Notes under the pieces: generated by a model
Seen by the model: the letters and a program-made list of their open reading frames with translations, nothing else
What the model was told of the DNA's origin: nothing
Database searches by the model: none
NCBI GenBank assembly: GCA_965250285.1
Contig: OZ252299.1
Location: 4,736,001 to 4,800,000 of the forward strand
Source of the DNA: Myxococcota bacterium
Lineage (GTDB): Bacteria; Myxococcota_A; UBA9160; UBA4427
Reading direction: 5' to 3'
DNA length: 64,000 bases
Part shown: piece by piece, positions 11,430 to 19,785 of the stretch
How the letters are laid out: every line of letters starts with the position of its first letter
How positions within the stretch are numbered: position 1 is the stretch's first letter
Program-made: the position numbers and the translations under genes

Positions 11430-13508
11430 TTGATCGACTCGACCGCCGAACGCAGCGCCCTCTTCGAGAAGGGCGGCCATCTCTACATGGTGGTGGCCGC
11501 CGTGTTCACGGGGATCATGGGTGCGATCGGCGCGGTGCTCTTTCGCCTCTTGATTCGCACGGTGCAGGCCCTCGCCTTCGAAGGGCCGAGCGAGGGCATC
11601 CCGAATCTGCTGGCAGAGGGCCTGGCCGCCGAAGCCAGCGATCCTCTCGCCGTCGCGCAGGGACTCGCATGGTACTGGCGCATCGCGCTGCCGATGATCG
11701 GCGGCGCCATCGTCGGCCCCCTCATCTACTTCTTCGCGCGCGAGGCGCGGGGGCACGGCATCCCCGAAGTGATGAAGGCCGTCGCCCGGCGCGGCGGCAT
11801 CATCCGGCCCCGGATCGTCGCGGTGAAGGCCGTCGCATCGGCGGTTTCGATCGGCACTGGCGGGTCGGTGGGTCGTGAAGGACCGATCGTCCAGATCGGA
11901 TCCGCGTTCGGTTCGACCCTGGGTCAGGTGCTCAAGCTCGACACCATGCGCATTCGCACGCTCGTCGGGTGCGGCGCGGCGGCCGGCATCGCGGCCACGT
12001 TCAACGCACCGATCGCGGGCGCGATCTTCGCGGCCGAGATCATCGTCGGCAACTTCGCGGTCACTCAGTTCACGCCCATCGTGATCTCGAGCGTCGTCGC
12101 GACGGTGCTGTCGCGGTTCTTCCTCGGCAATCACCCTGCGTTCGAAGTGCCCCCGTACGAGATCGTCAGCCCCTTCGAGCTGTTGCCGTACATGGTTTCG
12201 GGTGCCGTCGCGGGTCTCGTCGCCGTCGCGTTCATCAAGGCGATCAGCTTCTTCGAAGACTTCTTCGAGCGATCACCGATCCCCGAGCCCGCGCGTGCCG
12301 CCGCCGGCGGTGCGATCGTCGGCGTGATCGCTGTCTGGCTGCCCCAGGTATACGGCGTTGGCTACTCGACGATCACCATGGCACTCGCGGGCAGCCTCGC
12401 CGCCTCGCTCATGGCCTTGCTGGTCGTGGCGAAGATCTTCGCCACCTCGATCACCGTCGGCTCGGGCGGCAGCGGCGGTGTCTTCGCGCCCTCGCTCTTT
12501 CTCGGTGCCATGACGGGGGGCGTGGTGGGCACCCTCGTCGAGCAGCACTTTCCCGGCGCCACCGCGACGAGCGGTGCCTACGCCCTCGTCACGATGGGCG
12601 CGGTCGTCGCGGCCGCCACGCACGCTCCGATCAGCGCAATCATCATCATCTACGAGCTGACCCTCGCGATCGAGATCATCCCGGCGCTCATGACTGCGTG
12701 CGTCGTATCGACGCTGGTGGCCCAGCTGATGGAACGCGAATCGATCTACACCTCGAAGCTGATGCGCCAGGGCATCGATCTGCAGGCGAAAGAAGACCCG
12801 AACGTGCTGAAGGGGCTCTTCGTGCGCGACGTCATGAAGAGCGGGCCCGAGGTGATCCCCGAGAGCGCGAGCTTCCAGTCGATCGTCGATCTCGTCGTGC
12901 AGAGCGATCACTCGCAGTTCTTCGTGGTCGACACCGAGGGCAAGCTGCTCGGCGCGATCTCGCTCTCAGAGCTGCGGCGCTTGATCTACGAAGTCGATCA
13001 TCTGCGCCACGTCATCGTCGCCCGCGACCTGATCGACGACGCACCGCGCACGGTGACGCCCGAGCAGGATCTCGCCACCGTGATGCACCTCTTCTCGGGC
13101 AGTCACGTCGACGAGCTCGCGGTGGTCGACCGCAGCGACCCGAAGCGGCTCGTCGCGACCGTGACCGAGAAGGACGTCATCGACGCCTCGAACCAGGAGC
13201 AGCTGCGACGCGACCTCGCGGGGGGCGTCGCGAGCGGCGTGAATTCGCTCGGCCCTGGGCGCACCGTCGATCTCGGCGGGGACTACGTGCTCAAGGAGAT
13301 CCTCGCCCTGCCCTACATGTGGGGTCGCAACCTGCGCGAGCTGGCGATCCGTGAGCGCACCGGCGTGCAGGTGCTGCTCGTGCGCGGCAAGGGCACCGAC
13401 CGACCCCTGCATGTCGCGAACGCGGCCGACCGCTTCGAAGAGGGCCAGACGATCGTCGTGGCCGGGACGCGGGCCGGCGTGCAAGAACTCGAAATCGATC
13501 CCGGCTGA
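11430..13508 (+). CDS. ClC chloride channel/antiporter with CBS pair and TrkA-C domain
   Basis: GHGIPEV, GREGP, GVFAP motifs; CBS repeats; C-terminal RCK_C-like segment; start uncertain (TTG 11430 or ATG 11487). Confidence 0.92.
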   Translation: MIDSTAERSALFEKGGHLYMVVAAVFTGIMGAIGAVLFRLLIRTVQALAFEGPSEGIPNLLAEGLAAEASDPLAVAQGLAWYWRIALPMIGGAIVGPLIYFFAREARGHGIPEVMKAVARRGGIIRPRIVAVKAVASAVSIGTGGSVGREGPIVQIGSAFGSTLGQVLKLDTMRIRTLVGCGAAAGIAATFNAPIAGAIFAAEIIVGNFAVTQFTPIVISSVVATVLSRFFLGNHPAFEVPPYEIVSPFELLPYMVSGAVAGLVAVAFIKAISFFEDFFERSPIPEPARAAAGGAIVGVIAVWLPQVYGVGYSTITMALAGSLAASLMALLVVAKIFATSITVGSGGSGGVFAPSLFLGAMTGGVVGTLVEQHFPGATATSGAYALVTMGAVVAAATHAPISAIIIIYELTLAIEIIPALMTACVVSTLVAQLMERESIYTSKLMRQGIDLQAKEDPNVLKGLFVRDVMKSGPEVIPESASFQSIVDLVVQSDHSQFFVVDTEGKLLGAISLSELRRLIYEVDHLRHVIVARDLIDDAPRTVTPEQDLATVMHLFSGSHVDELAVVDRSDPKRLVATVTEKDVIDASNQEQLRRDLAGGVASGVNSLGPGRTVDLGGDYVLKEILALPYMWGRNLRELAIRERTGVQVLLVRGKGTDRPLHVANAADRFEEGQTIVVAGTRAGVQELEIDPG

Positions 13509-13579
13509 CCCGCCGCACGATCCCGGTTCGGACGCGTGCGTTCTCGCGGGTCGCCCGGGTTCCCGTGGGCCCGGCGGCC

Positions 13580-14170
13580 CTATTCGAGCGCGATCGTGAG
13601 GCCCGAGGCGCCGGGCGCATGCGAACCGGCTGCACGACCTTCGAGATCGGCGGCGTCGCGGGTCATCGCGTTGCCGTCGACGTCGAGGCGGGCACTGACG
13701 TCCATCTCGCCGTCGAAGCGCATGCTCGGGATCATCACGTTCGCCTGACTCAGCTCGAACGAGAAAGGAAATCGCGGGCTCGGCACGCGCAGGACGGCCA
13801 GTGGCGGACCGGCGGTGGCACCCTTGGGGCGCGCGATGATGAAGAGGGTCGCACCCTCGGGCGCGGCCCCCGATGCGATCGTCACTTCGCCGCTGATCGT
13901 ATCGCCGCGAGCCGAACCGGCGCGCGAGGTTTCCTGCGCCACGGTCTCGCGGCCCGCTGCCGCCGCCTCGTCTGAATGATCGTGCTCGCCGCTGTCGGGG
14001 AAGATGCGAGAGAGGTCGGGCTGCTTGGCGTCACCGGGCTCGTAGGGCGCCACGTTTCGATCGCAGCCGGCGAACACGAGCACGGCGAATGACCCCGCCA
14101 GCGCGGCGACCGCGCGCAGGAGACCGAGGCGATCCGGGGCGCTGCGCGAAATCTGGACGAGTCGCTTCAT
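13580..14170 (-). CDS. Lipoprotein with CycH/CcmI C-terminal Ig-like domain
   Basis: Lipobox FAGC; TLFIIAR..GPPLAV.R...FPFSFEL..N.M..VSARLD..G motif. Confidence 0.7.
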   Translation of the reverse strand: MKRLVQISRSAPDRLGLLRAVAALAGSFAVLVFAGCDRNVAPYEPGDAKQPDLSRIFPDSGEHDHSDEAAAAGRETVAQETSRAGSARGDTISGEVTIASGAAPEGATLFIIARPKGATAGPPLAVLRVPSPRFPFSFELSQANVMIPSMRFDGEMDVSARLDVDGNAMTRDAADLEGRAAGSHAPGASGLTIALE

Positions 14171-14310
14171 GGTGTCTCGGGTCTCCAACGCGCGAGCGGG
14201 GCGGCGCGGGCGAAGTCAACAGCAGATCTGCGAGCCGCGCCAAGCCGAGACCTGCGACGAGTCGATGCGGTCACGGCAAGCGGGTGATAGCCTTGTCGGC
14301 GACCAAGACG

Positions 14311-14432
14311 GAGCCTGGGGGTGGCCTGGCTCGACCCGAGTCGAGCGGGCCTGAGATCACACCCTTGGAACCTGATCTCGTCCGTCGCAGCCCGTGATTT
14401 CGGTGCCGCGGCGGCGAGCGTAGGAAAGGCTC
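14311..14432 (+). ncRNA. TPP riboswitch (THI element) with extended P5
   Basis: P1 GAGCCT/AGGCTC; GGGGTG, CTGAGA, ACCCTTGGAACCTGAT and AGCGTAGGAA conserved blocks; directly upstream of thiC. Confidence 0.92.
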
Positions 14433-14563
14433 GGACCGGCGCTCCGTTTCGATCCGTTCGGGGGCCTCGTCGCTTGCGCGGTCTGCAGGCAACGAGTCGC
14501 CCGACGCACCCGACCGGTAGCCGCGCGCAGGCGCGATGCCACCGGCTCGACCGGAGGCGCCTC

Positions 14564-16372
14564 ATGGCAGACCACGACGACGCGATCCACCGCACCCTGC
14601 CCCGCGCATCGGCGAACCCCGCCACGCGCGAGCACGGCACCACGCCGGGCAGCTTTGCCAACACGCCCGCCATCGGCACGCCGATGACGTTCAGCTCACC
14701 CGATACGCCCGGCATGCCGGCCGCTTCCGAGAAGACGGCGTGGGATTTCATGCCCCCCGACTGGCGACAGATCGGCGACGAGTGGGTGCCGCCGGCCGGG
14801 TTCGAGCCCGTGACCCAGCTCGAGCACGCGCGCCTCGGCAAGATCACCCCCGAAATGCGGCGCGTGGCCGAGCGCGAGCCACACCTGACGCCCGAGCAGG
14901 TGCGCGACGAGGTGGCGGCCGGTCGCATGGTGATCCCGGCCAATCGCGTCCACCTCGGCTACCAGCTCGACCCGATGGCGATCGGACGCGCTTCGCTCAC
15001 CAAGATCAACGCCAACATGGGCGCTTCGCCGGTCTCGAGCGGAAGTGAAGAAGAGGTCGAAAAGCTGCGCTGGGCCGAGCGCTGGGGCGCCGACACGGTG
15101 ATGGACCTGTCGACCGGCGGCGACCTCGATTCGACGCGCAAGGCGATCATCCAGAACGCGAAGGTGCCCATCGGAACGGTACCGATCTACTCGATGATCA
15201 TCGGTCGCAAGATCGAGGATCTCGACGAAGAGACAGTGCTTCGGTGTCTGGAGCATCAAGCGCAACAGGGCGTCGACTACTTCACGATCCACGCCGGCGT
15301 TCGCCGCGCCCATCTGCCGCTCGTGCGCGATCGGCTGATCGGCATCGTGAGCCGCGGCGGCTCGCTGCTCGCGAAGTGGATGATCCACCACGAGCGCGAG
15401 AATCTGATGGCCACGCTCTGGGGCGAGATCTGCCAGGTGATGCGGCGTTACGACGTCACGTTCTCGATCGGCGACGGGCTCCGCCCCGGCGGCCTGGCCG
15501 ACGCCACCGACGCGGCACAGCTCGGCGAGCTCGAAGCACTCGGCGAGCTGACCGAGGAGGCCTGGCGCCACGGCGTGCAGGTGATGATCGAGGGGCCCGG
15601 CCACGTGCCCTTCGATCAGGTCGAATACAACATGAAGCTGCAGCGCCGGCTCTGTCACGGCGCTCCGTTCTACGTGCTCGGTCCGCTCGTCACCGACGTG
15701 TTCCCGGGCTACGACCACATCGCGAGCTCGATTGGCGCGACGGCGGCGGCGTATCACGGCGCGAGCATGCTCTGCTACGTGACGCCGAAGGAGCACCTCG
15801 GCCTGCCAAAGCGCGAAGACGTCAAGCAGGGCTGCATCGCGTACAAAATAGCCGCTCACTCGGCGGACATCGCGCTCGGCATCCCCGGCAGCCGCGACTG
15901 GGACGACGAGCTCACCAAGGCCCGAGCCGCGCTCAACTGGGAGAAGCACTTCGAGCTGGCCTTCGACAGCGACACGGCCCGCGCGTATCACGACGAAGAC
16001 CTCGACGTCGACACCGACTTCTGTGCGATGTGCGGGCACGACTGGTGCTCGGTGCGCATCAGCAAAGAGATCGTCGAGTTCACATCGGGCAAGTCGGAGG
16101 AGTACGCGTGGGAGAAGCCGAAGGTCAGCGACGCACTCACCGAAGAGCAGAAGCGCATCCTGGAGCAGCGGGGTGTGCTGTCGCCTCAGGAGATCCATCG
16201 CCTGGCGTCGAAGACGCGCCAGGGCGTGGGCGCGAGCGAGGGCATGGCCGACTGCCACAGTGACGTGGCCTCGCGCGAGCTCGCCGAAGAGATCCAGCAT
16301 GAGCGGCTCGATCCCGCGACGCTCGAGCCGCTGGAGGGGTCGACGTCGGCCGGCTCACCCCAGATCGACTGA
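14564..16372 (+). CDS. thiC: Phosphomethylpyrimidine synthase ThiC
   Basis: GGAGG RBS; KINANMG, WGADTVMDLSTGG, EGPGHVP, CYVTPKEHLGLP, FCAMCGHDWC cluster motif. Confidence 0.97.
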   Translation: MADHDDAIHRTLPRASANPATREHGTTPGSFANTPAIGTPMTFSSPDTPGMPAASEKTAWDFMPPDWRQIGDEWVPPAGFEPVTQLEHARLGKITPEMRRVAEREPHLTPEQVRDEVAAGRMVIPANRVHLGYQLDPMAIGRASLTKINANMGASPVSSGSEEEVEKLRWAERWGADTVMDLSTGGDLDSTRKAIIQNAKVPIGTVPIYSMIIGRKIEDLDEETVLRCLEHQAQQGVDYFTIHAGVRRAHLPLVRDRLIGIVSRGGSLLAKWMIHHERENLMATLWGEICQVMRRYDVTFSIGDGLRPGGLADATDAAQLGELEALGELTEEAWRHGVQVMIEGPGHVPFDQVEYNMKLQRRLCHGAPFYVLGPLVTDVFPGYDHIASSIGATAAAYHGASMLCYVTPKEHLGLPKREDVKQGCIAYKIAAHSADIALGIPGSRDWDDELTKARAALNWEKHFELAFDSDTARAYHDEDLDVDTDFCAMCGHDWCSVRISKEIVEFTSGKSEEYAWEKPKVSDALTEEQKRILEQRGVLSPQEIHRLASKTRQGVGASEGMADCHSDVASRELAEEIQHERLDPATLEPLEGSTSAGSPQID

Positions 16373-16412
16373 AGCCGCTCGTTTTCGGGCTCTTTCACAC
16401 TTCGAAGCGCTA

Positions 16413-16453
16413 CCAAAAACGAAACGCCCCGGGATGCGAACATCCCGGGGCGT
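16413..16453 (-). terminator. Intrinsic terminator, minus-strand polarity
   Basis: 13-bp perfect stem ACGCCCCGGGATG / CATCCCGGGGCGT with TTCG loop, followed on the minus strand by TTCGTTTTTGG. Confidence 0.8.
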
Positions 16454-16613
16454 CGCTCGGAGCCTTACCCCCCCGGTTGGGCTCCGAAATCATGTGTTGA
16501 ATGGATCGGCTTGTGCGGCGGGAACTTGAGTCGCAAAATGCGCTGAACCTGCAGAAAAGTTGCGGCATGGTGACCGCCATCAAAGCCTGCACCCCCGGGG
16601 AGGCCAGCTGCTC

Positions 16614-17081
16614 GTGACCGAGACCCTGCGCTTTCTCAGCGTGCTGATCGCGGGTGGCTGGTTCGGAGCGATGATCCTCTTCGCGTTCGTCGTCGCCCCG
16701 ACGGCGTTCGGCGTCCTGCCCGGGGCCGAGGTGGCCGGGTCTCTGGTGGGTCCGGTGCTGCGTGCAATCCACCTGTTCGGGATCGCCGCCGGCGTCGTGC
16801 TCGCCGCCTGCGCCTGGCAGCTCGACCGCGCCCGCTGGCTGCGCTTCTTCCCACTCGTGCTCGCCGCGGCGAGCGCCTACTCGGAGTTCGTCGTCACGGG
16901 AGAGATCTCGGGCCTGCTCCCGCACGACGCCGAGGCTGGGCGCACACCCGATCAGGCGGCCCGCTTCGCCTTTCTTCACCAGCTCTCGATGGTGATCTTC
17001 ACCGGGGTCGGACTGGGGGCCGCGGCCCTCGTCTTCGGCCACGTGTGGGCAGATCGAACCGGGAGCGGGCGCTGGGGCTGA
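16614..17081 (+). CDS. DUF4149/TMEM205-like membrane protein
   Basis: GGAGG then GTG; GGWFGAMILFAFVVAPTAF..LP...AG and F..LH..S motifs, 4 TM. Confidence 0.8.
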   Translation: MTETLRFLSVLIAGGWFGAMILFAFVVAPTAFGVLPGAEVAGSLVGPVLRAIHLFGIAAGVVLAACAWQLDRARWLRFFPLVLAAASAYSEFVVTGEISGLLPHDAEAGRTPDQAARFAFLHQLSMVIFTGVGLGAAALVFGHVWADRTGSGRWG

Positions 17082-17205
17082 GCGGCTCGCGATTCGGCGA
17101 CCTAACGGGTTGAAATCGCGAACGAAATTCGTAGCCCCGGCACCTTCGCTGGTGTATGCTCTGCCGCGCACAGGAAAGTCATTCAATTTCAAGGGCTTAC
17201 GCGAG

Positions 17206-17221
17206 TGGCCCAATTGCTGCA
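17206..17221 (+). promoter_or_regulatory. Putative sigma54 (-24/-12) promoter with upstream IHF-like site
   Basis: TGGCCCAATTGCTGCA (GG-N10-GC); TTTCAAGGGCTTA at 17187-17199 is one mismatch from the IHF consensus WATCAAN4TTR. Confidence 0.55.
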
Positions 17222-17533
17222 TTCGTTTGATGATCGAGGTGGGCTCGATCTTCCGACGGCGCCGCACCGGGAGGCGCTGGCGCGCATCCCATGATGTGCG
17301 GGGGCCGCCGGGCCGCCCGTACGAACGCATATGATCGACTCGCGGGGACGCCACGGACGCGGTCGAGCCAGACGTCGAGGCAGGCCGGAGCGAGCCGCAG
17401 CCATGCGGAGCGAGCCCGGGCAACCCACGACGAAGGCGATCCGGGCGCTGGAAGGCCAAAGCCTGAGCGACGGCGAGAGCCAAGGTCAGAGCCAAGCCCA
17501 ACGCCAGAGGCACGGGGAGTCACGGAGGTTTCA

Positions 17534-17737
17534 ATGGACACCAGGATCAAGCTCTCGCTCGAGTTCAGCGTCTCCGAGAGCGCGCTCGAAGATGCGATGG
17601 CAGAGTACGACGAGCTGACCGTCGAGGGCCTGCTGAGCGAGCTCCTCGACAAGGCGATCGCCTGCGACGAGATCACGACCAAGGTCGTCGAGGGTCCGAA
17701 CACCCTCGAAGAGCTCGACGCCCAGAAGGCCTCCTGA
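17534..17737 (+). CDS. Small acidic hypothetical protein (67 aa)
   Basis: GGAGG at 17524-17528; MDTRIKLSLEFSVSESALEDAMAEYDELTVEGLLSELLDKAIACDEI...; strong genome-like codon usage. Confidence 0.8.
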   Translation: MDTRIKLSLEFSVSESALEDAMAEYDELTVEGLLSELLDKAIACDEITTKVVEGPNTLEELDAQKAS

Positions 17738-17905
17738 CCGGTCGGAATTCGGTGCCCGCCCGCGGGCGGGCGCGCACTGCACCATCAACCCAGGCACCCA
17801 GTCGAAACACGTCGAGTCTTCCCGCGCCGAGCCATAGTGCGCCGGGGAGACTTGCAGGGGCGAAGCTGCGCTCGCAGCCCGGCCATCCTGGTCGGGCGCC
17901 ATGCC

Positions 17906-18484
17906 TCAGACGAAGAGATCGAGCTGCACCGCCGCGGGTCGCACCGGGGCGGCCTGTGGACGCACCCGCGGGCTGCGAAGCGACGCCGGCCGAGACGCGG
18001 GCGAGGCGGACTCAGCGAAGAGCGGCAGCTCCGGGTTCGCCGGCACCGGTGTCTTCGTGGCATGGGCCGGGGGGGCGCGGCGCTCGGGCGGGCGTGAAGG
18101 ACGGGTGCCCGGATCGGGCCGATCACGGCGCATCGTCTCGCGAGGCCGACCGACCGGCCCGGGGCAGTAGATCCCTTCGCGGCGAGCCCACTCGAGCAGC
18201 TGAGCGTAGAACGCCTTGAAGTGCGGACCGTGGTTGAAGTGCTTCAGGTGCGCGAGTTCGTGACAGAGCGTGTTTACGAGGCTCGAGTACTTGAGCGGCT
18301 CGCCGGTGGCCACGTGCCGCAAGCGAATCTTGATGCTTCCGTCGTCGTAGCAGATTCCGTAGCGCCGCTTGACGTTGGCGCGCTCGGGCTCGAGCGATCG
18401 GTAGCGCAGACCGAAGCGATGGCAGATGCGATCAGCGTCGCTGCGCAGCCGGCGCATCAGCTCGTTCTGGGTGCGGCGGTTCAT
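17906..18484 (-). CDS. Zn metalloprotease, WLM/Wss1-like (YgjP/SprT-related), with C-terminal QLDLF
   Basis: YGICY..GSIKIRLR...LKYSSLVNTLCHELAHLKHFNHGPHF; Pro/Arg-rich tail ending VQLDLFV. Confidence 0.8.
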   Translation of the reverse strand: MNRRTQNELMRRLRSDADRICHRFGLRYRSLEPERANVKRRYGICYDDGSIKIRLRHVATGEPLKYSSLVNTLCHELAHLKHFNHGPHFKAFYAQLLEWARREGIYCPGPVGRPRETMRRDRPDPGTRPSRPPERRAPPAHATKTPVPANPELPLFAESASPASRPASLRSPRVRPQAAPVRPAAVQLDLFV

Positions 18485-18613
18485 GACCTGGCCGAGTGTC
18501 GAGGCGTGCCGCGCCAACGTCAAGCCGCGCGACGCGCAGCCACCGCCCGAAGGCCCTCGCGCTGCGGCCCTGATACGGGGCACGAGCGAGCGTGATCGCT
18601 ACCTTTCGGGGGC

Positions 18614-19288
18614 ATGTCGAGTGAACCCGACGAGATCCCGCTGTTCCCGCTCCCCTCGGTGGTGCTGTTCCCGCTGGCCACGGTGCCGCTCTTCGTCTTC
18701 GAGCCGCGATACAGGCAGATGATCGCGGCCGTGCTCGAGCAAACGCCGAGCCGCATCGGGATCGTCTCGGTGCCCGAAGCACACCACGAAGAGATGGCGG
18801 GGGATCCCCCGATCGAGGAAGTGGGCTGCGAAGGCGAGGTCGCTGCCGCCGAGCGAAACCCCGACGGTACCTACCGTATCCTGCTTCGCGGCACGCGGCG
18901 ATTTCGCATCGTGAACGAGCAGCGGCCCGAAGGCGATCGACTCTACCGCCTCGCGCAGATCGAGCCGCGCGCCGAGATCGTCGAAGACGGGGACCGTGAC
19001 GCAATGCGTGCCGGCCGTGGCGAGCTGCTCACGCTGCTATCGGACTTGTTGCAGCGCACGTCGCCGCGGCACGCGAGCGCTTTCGATCGAAGCCGCTTCG
19101 ACGAAGTCGGTGATGAACAGCTGGTCAACGCACTCGCGCAGGCGGTCGATCTCGAGGCTCATGACAAGCAACAGCTGCTCGAGGTCGATCGGGTGTGCAC
19201 ACGGCAACACATGCTTTCCGAGCTGTTGAGGTTTCGAATCGCGCAGCTCGAAGGCGGAGGCAGCGCCGGACCGACCACGCTTCAGTGA
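18614..19288 (+). CDS. Stand-alone Lon substrate-binding (LON_N) domain protein
   Basis: IPLFPLPSVVLFP..VPLFVFEPRYRQMI, DGTYRILLRG..RFRI, KQQLLE motifs; no AAA or protease domain. Confidence 0.9.
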   Translation: MSSEPDEIPLFPLPSVVLFPLATVPLFVFEPRYRQMIAAVLEQTPSRIGIVSVPEAHHEEMAGDPPIEEVGCEGEVAAAERNPDGTYRILLRGTRRFRIVNEQRPEGDRLYRLAQIEPRAEIVEDGDRDAMRAGRGELLTLLSDLLQRTSPRHASAFDRSRFDEVGDEQLVNALAQAVDLEAHDKQQLLEVDRVCTRQHMLSELLRFRIAQLEGGGSAGPTTLQ

Positions 19289-19785
19289 ATCGATTCGGCT
19301 GCTTCAGCAGATGCCGAAAATCGACGCAAAAAGTATCCTGATCGATTTTGATTGAGATCGAGTGCGAAGCGGACTTTCCCCCTCGACACACGATCGCAAC
19401 GTCGAAGGCACCTGAACGGCGCGCGCAAACTCCGCATCGCATCATCGGAAAATGAAAAGCAAACAGCGGTTCTAGGCGACCCCGAACGCCATTTGACAGC
19501 TCTTCGCGCGGTTCACCGGTCGGTCACGATCTATGCATTTCGACTTTGCGAAGAGCGCATCGGGTGTGGAATATTACGTCCGTTCGAGGGCGGAACCGGA
19601 TCAAGAACGCTGGGATCATCCGGAACCGCCCAGAATCCCCCGAAAACGGCTTCCTCTTCCGAAAAACCGAGGATGAGCCGAGAGTGAAGTGAGAGGCACT
19701 CTCGGAAAAGAAGCCCCTAGATTCAACCGCGATGCGGGCTCTGCCGCAGTCGTCACGGAACCCGTCCGTCGCGGTTTGGGACACC

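Noticed and set aside
19289..19785. Chromosomal origin oriC
   Set aside because: Only one imperfect DnaA box, no clear DnaA-trio or DUE repeats, no dnaN/gyrB/rpmH context, and the adjacent DnaA is degenerate
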